Shown: one piece after another, positions 41,506 to 54,180 of the stretch
How the letters are laid out: each line of letters opens with the position of its first letter
Numbering within the stretch: the first letter of the stretch is position 1
Source: Octopus vulgaris
Lineage: Eukaryota
Reading direction: 5' to 3'
NCBI GenBank assembly: GCA_951406725.2
Contig: OX597818.1
Coordinates: 25,234,001-25,298,000, forward strand
DNA length: 64,000 nucleotides
The notes under the pieces: model-generated
What the model was told of the DNA's origin: nothing
What the model saw: only the letters and a program-made list of their open reading frames with translations
The model's database searches: none
Made by a program: the position numbers and the translations under genes

Positions 41506-43826
41506 TGTATTATATGTGTCATCCAAGCAAATCATAAACTTCAATTCTTGGGTACTGTAAGAGATAACTATTTGTATCTCATTCAAAGTGCTGGTTTTCT
41601 GTCAGACTGCCAGAGATCTTACTACATTCTTGTGTATCCATTTTTGTATTGAGTTGTACTGACAGCACGGGTTTTGTTCTCTCTGTTATTTAGTACTTTA
41701 TATTATAGACCATACTTTCAGATTTAAAACTTTTTTGTGCAGATTTGTAGTAATTTGCAATGGGAATGTTAGAATCGACCTATAAAAACACCCTTATACA
41801 TAAATTTGTCCTGCTTTGACAAGTAGTTCATCTGTACTAGGAGTTTTCAGTATCAACCAAGAGTACAGCATCCTGTCAAAGGCCACCCATTATGTAGAAA
41901 AAAAGCTGAGTAGATTTTTCTTTTTGTGAACATTTTTATTGTTGCCTCACTAGGTTACGATATCAGATTGAAGAAATAGAAATGAAAATAGGATACAGGA
42001 ATACATTTGAAGTCTTAAACTGTAAGTTTTTATGAATTTTAATAGGAAAAGGCTTTTGTGTTAGTCTTTGTAAGGTCTACTCATTGTGTAGATTATGATT
42101 TTATTGTGTTCAAATAAAATACATCTCTAACTGGTTCAGTTGACTGCATAATGTCAAAATTACATGTAAAACTTGATAGCAAATTAGTAATTAGACTAAT
42201 CATATATTTCTTATATTGAAAGAACACAAAATACATAGTCACTATAAATAAATCATTAGCTTATGTTTTAGTGCCCTAACCTGTTACAGTGTGGATTAAA
42301 AGGATAAAGCTGTGTTGTAGTTTTTCATATTTATTAAAGAAGTTATAACCAATTAAGTATATGACAAAAATTAAAAAAAAAAAAGTTATTTTTAAAATGT
42401 TACCAAAGAAAATCAGGAGCACATTTACTACTTCAAAAATTGAAAGTGCATTCTGTTACAAAGGATTCAAGTTTAAATCTAAAATCTTAAACTTCAAAGT
42501 TTTAGTGTTTCTTTTATATTATTTTGATAAAAATAACCTTAAATGACCATTTTAAAAGAAATAAAGTAAACTAGATGTGCAACTTTTTCTAAATATTGTT
42601 TGAATATGAAATTTAAGTGAATGTAAATCAAAGATTACATTAAATAGAGTTCATATTGTACAAAATTTATTGAAGAAACATTGTATCCATAGAATAGGGA
42701 TTAAATCAAAAATCTTAATTCAAAATTTATTAACATAGTATTAAAATCAGAATTGCTTATATCAGATCCTCATTCCTAGAAGCTCTTAAAAATTGATTTG
42801 TTTTCTGTGCAAAAAATGTATCTTTGAAATTGAAAGTTTTTCAGTGCATTTACTCAGAGTTAGAAAAATGTATCGATTTTGGTTCCAGTTACTAAATAAT
42901 TGCTTCTGACTCTACAATCCTGGTCCTAATCATTGAATTAATCATTTATATTATTAAGGTATTATCCATACCATTGTTAACTACTGTAAAAGTTAGGGGA
43001 TAAGGAAGGATTAAAAATGATAGGTTAATAATGAAAGATCATTATTGTGTGGAAGGGTTTAAAAATGTGATTTATAGACTAGGCTTATAATTTAAATTGG
43101 GGCTTACCATGGATTTGACCATTGAAATGTATTTGGAACCGGATGATCAAATATTATCACAAAGTCTTGACTATGTTGGAAAGGAAGATTTTTGTAGATT
43201 ACAAAGGTCAGTGTAGCAAAGACAAACAAAGCAGGGAATCCTAGCCAATGCAGAGTGGCCATAGTTGATAAATAGGAAAAGAGTAGTATGTATCAACCCA
43301 TGACTGATTGAAAAATAGCTTTTCAAATGTCCTAAATATTAATGAAAAGCAAAACTGTAGACTCGTGAAGCAAAGTTCATGAACTACTTAAAGTTGACTC
43401 ATTTGATGAAGTCAAAAGTTTGTTGCCTAATCAGTGGTGGTGGTCATAGTGACAGTGAGTAGCTACAGTAAGAGAAGAATGGCAGAAGTTTAAGAGGTTA
43501 TTCTTTTGGTAACAAAACATTTCCTCTCTCAGCAGACTATGAAGCATGTTATAAGAACTATGATGCTCCTTGCATCCAACACCATACAACATGCACTTAA
43601 TGAATGTCTTCCAAAACTATCCCGTTCCTCTCCACCATGCACATAGACATGCCGACTATGAAAACCCTTCCATTCACTTGAAATCAACAAAGCCATTGGT
43701 CTTGACAATGACTTTACTGTTACCTTCAAATAAATTATTCCAGAGCTCACCAAACTCTTTAATTTCTGTGTGTGTGTGTATATATATATATAAAATCAAA
43801 ATTAGCAACAAGGATATCCAGAGGTA

Positions 43827-43915
43827 ATGCAGTATGATCGTTTCATGCAACACCATTTAATTGACCAATGCAATCATTATATCAATTTAAAATGCAGAGC
43901 AATCCTCAGCTGCAC
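43827..43915 (-). ncRNA. Minimal type-I hammerhead motif (GTA changed to ATA in stem III)
   Basis: Minus strand: TGCAG-CTGAGGA-long stem II-GAAAC-GATC-ATA-CTGCA. Confidence 0.68.
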
Positions 43916-44506
43916 AAAGACATAGAATTTAATTAAATTAGAACAGTAATAATTATACCTATAATCTCCAAGAAGTTAAGGAGATAGACAAAGAACATGC
44001 TGTCACCACTCCAGTTATCAAGAAGATATACATTGTTACAGACTCTGCCTGTCACTAATTTTTTTGTTTTTATCGGGTCAGTTTTAATTTATAGACTAGT
44101 TTATCAAATCCTTGTAGATCTAAGGCTGAGAGAACAGAGGACAGTATCTGTTAGGGGTAGGGCCGAAGGAGCAGACAGAAATCATAGTTGGTATAGTCAT
44201 AAAAATCAAGATTTATTAGAAGCAATATCATATGGTTTGGTAAAGGAAAGCTTAAAACAAGATGTTAGCTGACAATTAAGGGGGTTGCCCACCTGCAGAC
44301 CATTGATAATAGAACAGGGGAAGTCTTATGTAGTACTATAGTTAAATATTTTAAATAATGTTGCTATATTGTATACAGTTAAAGTTTAGGGTTATTCAGA
44401 GGATTATTAAGAAGAATATTATAACAAAAGGATAGAAATTTATGAATACTTTTGAGTATATACCAAAATCTTTTTACCACAATAGAGGTACCTATTCTAT
44501 GTCTTT

Positions 44507-44595
44507 GTGCAGCTGAGGATTGCTCTGCATTTTAAATTGATGTAATGATTGTGTTGGTCAATTAAATGGAGTTGCATGAAACGATCGTACTGCAT
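44507..44595 (+). ncRNA. Minimal type-I hammerhead ribozyme, intact core
   Basis: TGCAG-CTGAGGA (44513-44519), an ~58-nt imperfect stem II, GAAAC (44578-44582)-GATC-GTA (44587-44589), then CTGCA. Stem III is the palindrome ACGATCGT. Confidence 0.8.
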
Positions 44596-44739
44596 TACCT
44601 CTTAATATCCTTGTTGCTTATTTTGATTTTAATCACCTTACTTTGAAATTGTATGAATAATACTGTACAAAATCTGGTGCCTCAACTTAAGTACCAAATT
44701 CATCTGAATATATACACATACACGCACACACCATCCTGA

Positions 44740-45235
44740 TCTTTGGAAACATACTGCAGTATATCCCATTCTTCAGAACAACCCGTCTGACTCTGTTAGC
44801 TAATATCTCATTGTATGAACAGTTCCAGCATCTCAAAGGTGATGAAGACAGCTATAAGCAACCTTCTAATACCTTAAATCTCTCTCTCTCTGCTCATCTT
44901 TATAACTTTTCCAAATCCAGATCAATTGGAATTTTACTTTTCTGAGTGCTTTCAAATTCAGCAAATCATTTAAATGTTTTGACAAAACTGGCTTCCTGTG
45001 GACTCTATCTCTATTTTGCTTCTTGGAATAGTGGTTTCTCATCAGATCACAGCATTGCAGCTTTTATTCAAGGCACTTTCTCTCTCTCTTAATCACATTC
45101 TATTAACTCTGTTTTGCTCTCTAGTTTCTCTGTACTTCAATGGTCTACTTGTTATCATTTTCAACGATCCCCACTCTTATGCAGATAATACCATCCGTCA
45201 TTCCTCCCTAACCTCTTGCACCCAGGGTCTGTAAA
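44740..45235 (+). mobile_element. Decayed CR1/L2-group RT fragment
   Basis: WKHTAVYPI, SSISKVMK and HSYADNTIRHS. Confidence 0.55.
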
Positions 45236-45289
45236 GGCTATTGGGTACAGCTCTTTTCCCAAGCTAATATAAAAAAAAAACATGATAGT

Positions 45290-46680
45290 GAGACCTAGAA
45301 TGTTGATGATGGAGTGAAATCAGCAGCTATATTCTGTTGAATGTGTAACATCTTGCAAGAAAAGTGGTGCACATGTGAACTAAGACACTAAAAGTATTGA
45401 CAGCACCAAAGTGCTAAAGGTATGTGTAGGAATGAATTTACACATAAATGAACAATAGGTGATGCACTAGAGTGAGATGATTGCAGAAACATCAAATTGA
45501 TGAGCCAGGCTTGAAAGTTATAGAATTGGAGTTAGCCTAAGACGTGATGCAGTTGGTTATGCCAAAAAGAGTTACAGCTAATATTTTCTCCTCAGGCAAC
45601 CGAAGGAAAAAGTTATTATACCTATCATCCGTTGACATAAAGAAGGCCTTTGATGGGATTCTACATTCTGCTGTCCAGGGATTAAGGGGACAAGAGATAG
45701 ATAAATTATATGAGAAGCCCATTGGAAGTCATGTATACAGGTGCAGTTGTCAAAGTGAGAACAATGAGTCCAGCAAAAAATTTAGCATGCAAGTAAGGGA
45801 CATCAGGGCTTAGTTTTCTGCTGTATTGTTTATTTTAGTCCACTAAGTCATAACACAAGAGTTTACTTGTCTGCAGGAATTCCTATATGCTTATGACCTA
45901 GTTCTTAGAGTCAAATCTGCTTAGAGAAGAAATTAAAGATATGGCATCAAAACTTGAGATCTTAAGTTGAGAGATCTTAAGTAACCTTAGCTAAAGCTAA
46001 AAGTTTCGTTAGTAGTAAAGTAGTTAAGATTGTGCTATCATCAGAGAAATGACTGTGCTTGATAGAAATTCCATGAGGTAAACTAGGGACATGCAAGTGG
46101 TGTGGTGTGATGACAGGCAGGCTGACAGTGAAAGTAAATTCTGTATGTGGCAGATGCACATGAGCACTCAGCAATAAGAGTATACAGAAAATACTTTAAA
46201 ATTCCTACAAGGCTCTTTAGAAGTAGTTGAGCGCTTATTACCTTTGTGATCTAATTAGATGTGGATAGTTCTAGAGCATAGTAGCTACAGATAATTCAAG
46301 GTGGAAAAAGCTCAGGGAGTTATTACATCTGCTAGTAATAATAGGTTTCTCTCTAAGTGAAGTGCAGATTGTATGATGTCTGCATATGAAGTGCAATGCT
46401 ACATGCTAGTGAGATGGGTCTTAACTGTGGAGCATTTGCAAGGGCTGGAAATATATGAAGTGAGCATGCTCTGCTTGTTGTGTATTGTTAGTGTGCAGAA
46501 CAATGGAACACAAATGAACTTAGAAAATACTGGATGTTAGAGGAATCAGATGTAATATACAAGAGAGAGAAGATTGTGATGCATATGGAAGATGTTAGTT
46601 GTATAAAGAAGTACTGAGAATTTAGTGATTGAATCTTTGTCAAAAAAACTGACTCTCGAAGGAAATGACAAAGGACTATG
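45290..46680 (+). mobile_element. Old, heavily decayed RTE LINE of the same lineage as 7513-9306
   Basis: VDIKKAFDGI, EFLYAYDLVL, VTLAKAK, VCGRC and AMLHASE in colinear order. Confidence 0.75.
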
Positions 46681-46761
46681 ACAGGTAGCAACACTTGGTG
46701 CTGGAGAAGATCCACTTGGACAATCATGGTACAACAAATGTTAAAATGATGGTAGGTTGGA

Positions 46762-47268
46762 ATAAATAATAATAATAATAATTGTGTACAGTGCTCAGGT
46801 GCACTACAACTCATCTAAAGTGTATATATAATCAGGTGTAGTTTCGACGGATTTCGGGAAGCATGAGGGCCTTAAAGGATGCAGTGTCATGGCAGTCAAC
46901 AACTGATGCAGGCAGTTTATTCCACGCTTCAGCAACCCTGAGCGTGAAAAAATGTTTCCGAAAGTCATGGGAGCTGTGCTGTTTTCTGACTTTGTAGGCA
47001 TGTCCACGTGTGTTAGACACATGGAGATCAAAAAGGTGTTCAGTGTTGTTGTTGGTGAGGTGGTTGATAACCTTGTGGGTGTTTACCAAGTCCGTCGCTA
47101 GACGCCGGAGCTTCAGTGAATCCATGCCCAGGGAAACAAGGCGCTCAGAATATGGTAGGTGTCTGATGGAGGGTATGCGTTTGGTTGCACGTCTCTGGAC
47201 AGATTCCAGGAGGTCAATGTTCTGAGCAAGATAGGGATTCCAAACTGATGATGCGAATTCCAAGTGCA
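46762..47268 (-). mobile_element. CR1 LINE 3' end
   Basis: LEFASSVWNPY, LESVQRRATK, TRGHAYK and FFTLRVAEAWNKLP, a stop at 46832, a short 3' UTR and an (ATT)n tail. Confidence 0.93.
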
Positions 47269-49159
47269 TACTTGTGTCACAGTAAAACATAGTGCTTGTA
47301 AAGTCATTAGTGAACCTATACAATGTAGTATAGAAAAGATGCTTTGTTCTTGTTGAGAATAAGACAAACTTTCTTGTGTTGGGGATTCATAATAAAATGA
47401 ACTCAGTGGTTGCTGTTAGAAATGTATTCAGCTGTATAAATCCTGTCAGAGTAAGTCATGACTCTCAGCCTATCTAGAAGGGCACTAATTCCATGTAAGA
47501 ATTGACTTGGACCAAAACGATTGTCAAACCCATGGTAATATGTTGTAAAATAAGAAGAGCAAATGTGTCTAATCCATAACACCTTAGAATGAAAGTAGTG
47601 TATCAAATTATGGCTAATCTAGTCATGAGTAAATGCATAAAATATAATTAGTAATTTGAGATACTTGAGCTGCTGAAATGCTCTGTTATGATAATTCACT
47701 TAAAATAACAAAGGTCTGTTGTTTCAATACTCTATTCATTTTGTTGAGTCAGTTAACACTGAAATGATGTCAAAAGTTTAGAGAACCATAGCATTTTATT
47801 CACAATAATGTAAAGAAATGAGTTATCTGATTGATATATGTATTTTTGTTAGTGGAAGATTTATAACATCTGGGCCAGATTTTTTCCAAAAGCGGTATGA
47901 AGCAAATTTTGGAAACCAGCTAAGTGCAAGTGATCTGAAAAAGTGGTTACATTGAAAATATAAATCCAGCTTAAGAGTGAAAGATTTAATTTTAGGCAAA
48001 ATAGTTGATGCCCCTCATTTATAAATGTTATATGCCTCAAGTACCTCCAGACATTCTTCAGTGATGCAACAGTGCTAATAATATAAACATTGAAATGAAG
48101 GATGTTAAATGAAGTGAATATGTGAGTTGTTCAGCTAAGCTAAATGCAGCAGGGTCAAGCAAAAAAATAAAGAGATAATAAAAGAGACTGGAATAGTTAC
48201 ATGACCTAATATAAGATGAGTAACAGCTGGGAAAAGCTTGTCCAGTTATTAACCTGAAGGAAAACTGTTCATGATAAGCAATTATCAAATTTGATAGGTG
48301 ACTGCACTTTATCTATATCGGCTGTAATTTTCTTTTTTGAAGTTTGTTCTTTCATGTGTCATAGTTACTCTATTTCTTTTACAAAATACATTTATGAATG
48401 CTCTAGAAACTTGTGTTTGCACTTTGGATTATGATCCCAAATTCTGAATGGTAGTTTGAGTATTGAGTCTTTGCTTTAACAGCAATTATTTAATTGTAAG
48501 TAGGGGTAGTTTGAAGATTTAGCATTATTTATTCTACGATCTTCATTTGTTTTAGCTCAGATTGAGCAGACCAATGATCAAAGAAGCTCCACATGTGATT
48601 GCATTCTTTTTTTCTAGACAGTGTACTAAGGATTACATATTCCAACGAATCTTTTCTGTTTTTATAGTTTATTTTATTCTTATTGTTTTTGGTAGGAGGG
48701 TTTCATTTGAAAGAAATTTGTCTACTAATTCTCGTAAAATTAACAATTGCTTAAATGGTTCCTGAAATTCAAAACTTGTATAGGAACATAAGTTTTGAAT
48801 TTCTATTATATTATAATTCTTTTTTTATTTAGTTAGTACAATGATTTTTCTTACCTCAAGGTTGACATTGAGTGAGGTATTGCATGGCAAATATTTTCTA
48901 TATCTATACTTGTATGTAAGTCAGTTTTCTTTTTATTATGTGAAAAAAAAAAGCATGATAAACTGTAAAGTTTATCTGCACCTTGCTGTGCATTTAATTT
49001 GAAATTTTTGCACTTTACATTGACTATAAAAGATGAGTTATGTCACTATGTAGTTCATATGAATTTTGGTATGGGAAACAAGTATTCTTTGATGTCATGT
49101 AAAAATAAAAACACAACTACTTCAGCAGAATTTGATTCTTCTATAAAACAAACATGTCA

Positions 49160-50040
49160 CTGACAACATGCAGTCCCAAGAGCTTCCACATATGCACATC
49201 ATAATGTAGAGTTTTCTGTCAGTTGGCTGCAATCCTAATGCCAATAAGATGCTGCTTTTGCTGTCAGTTTGTTCTGAGCATAGATTTTACATAGCATCAG
49301 AATATTCAACATTCTATATGGTAGGAAGCAGCTTGTCCTGGCTAGGAACAGTTATGCTATACTGGACATGGGAGTGGAGTCTTCTGGGTAATGCAGATGA
49401 GTGGGAGTTCTCAGCAGACCTCCCAAGATCAACAAAACACCCAGAAATTATCAGGAAGAGTGAGTGGCTTGAGGTTGGATATCATATTCCATTCGAGTTC
49501 ATCTAAGCAACTGATTTTGATTAAACTCAGTCATTTGAAAGTAGAATAGAAGCAGCACACATGTTCAAGACTGAATAATATGCCAATTTGGACAACAGCC
49601 TGAGGGAAGCCAATTTCTAAGTCAAGGTTCTTGTCATAGAAGTTGGTGCCAGAGGTTTTCTGGGCAAATCTGCTTATGATCTCAGGAAATAGCTCTTGGT
49701 CTCTGGAAAGAACATGACCAAATCCCTAAAGGCAATACTGGAGACAGTAGAGGTATTCCAGCTGGATATGATTAAGGAGGAACAAATGACCTCCATACCA
49801 TATGAAGGCAAATTGTTGTTTTTTAAGACTAAGGGAGGCAATGGAGAAGAGCTCCAGCTAGATCAAACTTCTGTGTGGTTTAAATGCACAAGTCTCCAAT
49901 ATCCAAGTGGTTAGTATCATCAGAAGGGCCCCTAGGAGTCATGATCAGGATGCAGCCCAGCCCCCTTAGAGTTTAAAAAGGGCCAAAACATTTATCTGAG
50001 GGGTTTCTTCTCTGAAGACCTTCCTGCTGTTCAGCTCTCT
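49160..50040 (+). mobile_element. Decayed HERO/NeSL-type non-LTR element (restriction-like endonuclease and 3' UTR)
   Basis: WEFSADLP, LRLDIIFHS..KQLILIKLS, ESRIEAAHMFKTE*Y and IEVGARGF match the PD-(D/E)xK RLE domain layout. Confidence 0.75.
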
Positions 50041-52267
50041 TGAGAGTTTCTTACATCTATGATATCTTGGGATTTGGCTAGACTCTATTGGCAATGATTA
50101 TGATTATTTAAGCTACATGTGCTTTAAAATGCAAGTTAAGCTGAAACTAGTATTCTCAAAAGACATGACTTAACTGCAAGTAAAGGCTGAATCCAAAATA
50201 TTACAAACACAAAGTGGGTGCTGTTTCTTTTTCACTTGCCTTCACTGGGATGGGTCAGTGAACCTAAAATCTTTAGTATTTCTTTCTGCTCTGTCTCTCT
50301 CCCCTTCTCTCATTTGTTTTTTGTATTTCCATTGTAATTGTACATGTTGTGCAGTCTTTGAAATTTTAGTTTGCATTTTGGAAAAGAATGTTCTCTAAAT
50401 TGTTTCTCAGTGTCACTAACTGAAAATTCTCTACACTTTTAGAAGTTGTGATCATTGACATTTTAAGCATAGTGTTCTGTTGCTGAATTATAATCGTCAG
50501 ATTTTTACTTGCCGTTCACTAACTGATTCTCTATTAAGAACATTTTGTTCATAACATTATTTGCATTACCTATACAAATAGTGTGCTGGTATTATTTAGC
50601 TTGGATTATCAATAAACTATAACAATGTTCTTTATTTGGGATTCATTTTGTTTCACAATCATGTTAGGTTACTTTATCATTTGCATTCATTTAGATGATT
50701 TTCTTGAACTGATCTCTGATGTATTTAGCATTTCAGTTTGTCAGTTCATGAAGTATTCTCTTGTTGACAACATTAAAAGAAATCACTTTATGATTCATTC
50801 TGCTATTTCATTTAGTTATTTTTTGAAACTTAGTATACATAATTTACTCCTGGTGTTGAACTATTTATTCCATCAAGCAGTGTGAAACTTGAAATATAGT
50901 AAATTGTTGAGTTAAAAAGATCTGATGAATATACAAATCTTGGCATTTCTTATGAATATTTGTTTCCTTCTAGTTCTCTTAATATATTTTTTCTTTAGAT
51001 TTCATCTGTTGTTTCTTTGGTAAAATTCTTTTTATAGCTTCTTATATTCTAATGTTTAAATTAATTCTTTCTGAAAGCAATTAAAATTCTTGAAAATTTT
51101 TTTGTATGTAATCATCCCATCATAGTCTTCAGAGTGTAAGATATTGTGAATGTTGCTGATATGAATCTTTTATGTTTCTTGCACTAGTTTCTTATACAAT
51201 TGGGTAGACCTGCACATTTTTTATCAGTTTTCAAAGGTCACATCTAAGTAATATTGAACCATAGAAGCATGTCATTTATGTCCATGCCCCTGCATGCAAT
51301 CTATCGCTCACAAACCTGTCCCCACAACCCAACTTCCTAACAGTTCCCCCTCCTTTCACCAAGGTTCACTATTTGCTGTATTTCTCTCCCTTAGCATCCT
51401 CTCGAACCTACTTCCACATAATATCCCTGTTAATTCTCTTGTCCACAACATATATTCTTAACACACTCTCCCTCTTCTTGGATCTACTCACTACATTCCC
51501 TCCTCTCCGCCTTCATTGCCCACTCTCACAATCTTGTGAACTTACCATCTCATTCAGTGCAGTCCTTGGTTCCACTTATATACACGTCCCTGTAACTTTA
51601 ACACCCCCCCCCCATCACATCTACACCATCTCTCTGTATTTCTACTATATCTCTCTACTGCAAGACACTTATTTCTGTCCCTCTACCCATGCTCTAACTA
51701 CTCATCACTTGGTACAGAGCCACCTCCCTCAATACCCATCTCCTTTCGTTTGAAGGGTCTTGTTTTTCAAGTTACAGTATGGACTGAGTGCATTTTATTG
51801 TCCCAGTACAACTCTTACTTAGTACTAAGCAGACCTATAGCTCATAAGTAATCAATTCAATGTGTAGGTGTGATCGACAGATTTATATCTCTGCTGTGCA
51901 GGGCCTTTTTTATTTTTTCTATTTATTTATTTTTATTTTTTTCAGTTACAGTTTGGTTGTTTGTTTTTGTATGCTAGTAGGTTCTGATGATCTCCACAAC
52001 AACTGTTCTTCAACATTTGTCTCTGGTAGTGTGCATCCTGGTACTTTTTGGGCATAATGAAATTGATAAGGCTGATATTTTTGTGTGTGCTTTTTGTGAC
52101 ATAACTGAGTGAAAAGGATGGTGTTAAAATGGTGTTAGAGAAGTGTGTTGAGGTGATTGTACATAGTAGGATGGCAGGAACTGTGAGGGACTGTTACAGC
52201 AAGAATCCACTTCTTGCATGTCTTGATGGCCTGCTGATAGTTTTTCTGGCTTGATGCAACATGTAAT

Positions 52268-52483
52268 AATATTTTCGAATTTTTAATCCAGGCCAACAAA
52301 TTCAAGGGAGGAATTAAGTTGAGTACTTGAACCTCAGTGCTCAACTGGTACTTATTTTATCAACCCTGAAAGGATGAAAAGCACAGTTTACCTCAGTAGG
52401 ATTTGAACTTCAGAACCTAAAAATGGATGGACTGCTGCTAAGCATTTTGCCAAACATGCCACCAATTCTGCCAGCTTATCACC
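52268..52483 (-). mobile_element. tRNA-SINE family B with TSD
   Basis: Matches 40274-40480. Direct repeat TTGATGCAACATRTAAT at 52251 and 52484. Confidence 0.8.
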
Positions 52484-53002
52484 TTGATGCAACATATAAT
52501 ATTATCAATAAGTTTTTTTCTTCATTCTTATTAGGGATCCAGGCATGCCAGGGATAATCCAAGGTAGAACTAATATATTACTTGTAACATCAGTATCGTT
52601 TCATTGTTAGCCAAATGGAGTACCAGTTTGTGTCTCAGTTCACTTTCTTTACTGTTTTCTATGCATGCTATGGAGTTGTGGGTAATTTTCCTTTTTTTTG
52701 TGGTTCCCACATTAGCCTGTTTTGAGCAAATCTATAATAAATATTTTCTCTTCATGACCAACTTTTTCTTTCTTTAGACATGTATCTAGAACAATAAAGT
52801 GGTTGGTATTAAGCTTATGTAGTTGTAGAAACTATGCCAAAGCAGACATTGAGACTTAGTACAGTTGTCTGGATCAGCACATGTCAAACTATCCAGCCCA
52901 AGCCAGCATGGAAAACAGATGTAAAATGGCAGTGATGATGGTGTAATAGACAGTAAAAGGAAAGGCTGCTAATGTTTTAGTTACATGTTATATATATATA
53001 TT

Positions 53003-53852
53003 TATCTTTTAGTCTTTACTTGTTTCAGTCATTAGACTACAGCCATGCTGGGGCACTGCCCTGAGGACAGACTTATTAGGGATCAAGGTGTTGTTGGTGT
53101 TAAAGACGATCTTTTGAGAGAAAAACTTTTAGCAGACAAAAAGCTAACCCATGACAAATGCTTACAGATATGTAGAGCACATGAGATATCAAAATAACAA
53201 ACAAAAGCTATTTCCTCAACTGTCAATGCAACAGGATCCACAATTAAACTGTGTCACAGGACCAAATAATAAAAAAGAGCATCAACATATAAAAAGAAGA
53301 TGCCTGAGAGAAAGTTCATGCAATGTGGAATGTTCATATTTCACAATAGAAATGACTGCCCCGCCTCAGCAACAAAATGCAGACGGTGTTCAAAAATAGG
53401 ACACTATGCAACTGTTTGCAAGAATTTTTCAATGGTTAGGGGAGTTGAAGAGGAAGAACATCATTTCTTAGGTTTATGTTTCTTCGGAAAATATAAATGC
53501 AGTTTGTGAAGACAATAAGATAGAACAGCGAATCAATCCTAGTACTCTATTTTTAAGCCTGGTACTTATTCTATCGGTCTCTTTGCCGAACCACTAAGTT
53601 ACAGGGATGTAAACAAACTGACTCCTGTTGTCGAGTGATGGGTGGGGACAAACACAAAAACACCCACACACATAGATATATATAGATGTATATACACAAT
53701 GGGCTTCTTTCAGTTTCTGTCAACCAAATCCATTCACAAGGCTTTGGTCAGCCCAAGGCTATGGTAGAAGACACTTGCTCAAGGTGCCACACAGTGAGAC
53801 TGAACTTGGAACCACATGGTTGAGAAGCAAGCTTCTTACTACACAGCCACAC
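53003..53852 (-). mobile_element. tRNA-SINE family A split by an insertion
   Basis: Tail at 53003-53065, body and head at ~53525-53852. Confidence 0.8.
53066..53520 (+). mobile_element. Ty3/gypsy gag fragment
   Basis: LIRDQGVVGVKDDLLREKLLADKKLTHDKCLQICRAHE and tandem knuckles QCG..H..DCPA..KCRRCSKIGHYATVC, frameshifted. Confidence 0.8.
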
Positions 53853-53862
53853 ATGTATACAC

Positions 53863-54180
53863 ATCATCATCATCGTTTAACATCCGCTTTCCATGCTCAC
53901 ATGGGTTGGACAGTTTGACCGAGGACTAGTGAGCCAGAGGCTGCACCAGGCCCAATCTGATCTGGCAAAGTTTCTACAGCTGGATGCCCTTTCCAACTCC
54001 AACCACTCTGAGACTGTAGTGGGTGCTTTTTACATGCCACTGGCACAAGGGCCAGTCAGGCAGTTCTAGCAATGACCACACACAAAAGGTGTTTTTATGT
54101 GCTATATGTATGGGAGCCAGTCCGGCGGCACTGGCAACAACCATGCTCCAATGTTATTTTTCATGTGCCACCAGCACTTG
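53863..54180 (-). mobile_element. RTE 3' UTR fragment
   Basis: catcatcatcatcgtttaacatccgctttccatgc tail and decayed UTR units. Confidence 0.82.

Larger units (their letters stand above)
43791..44631. mobile_element. ~840-bp element with ~138-bp inverted ends, each a Penelope-type hammerhead pLTR
   Basis: 43791-43928 and 44494-44631 are reverse complements. The ~565-bp spacer is unrecognised. Confidence 0.78.

Noticed and set aside
49975-50025. CAAAAC...CTGAAGA in the HERO 3' UTR as a hammerhead relic
   Set aside because: Stem III and the cleavage triplet cannot be formed; it is too decayed to support.
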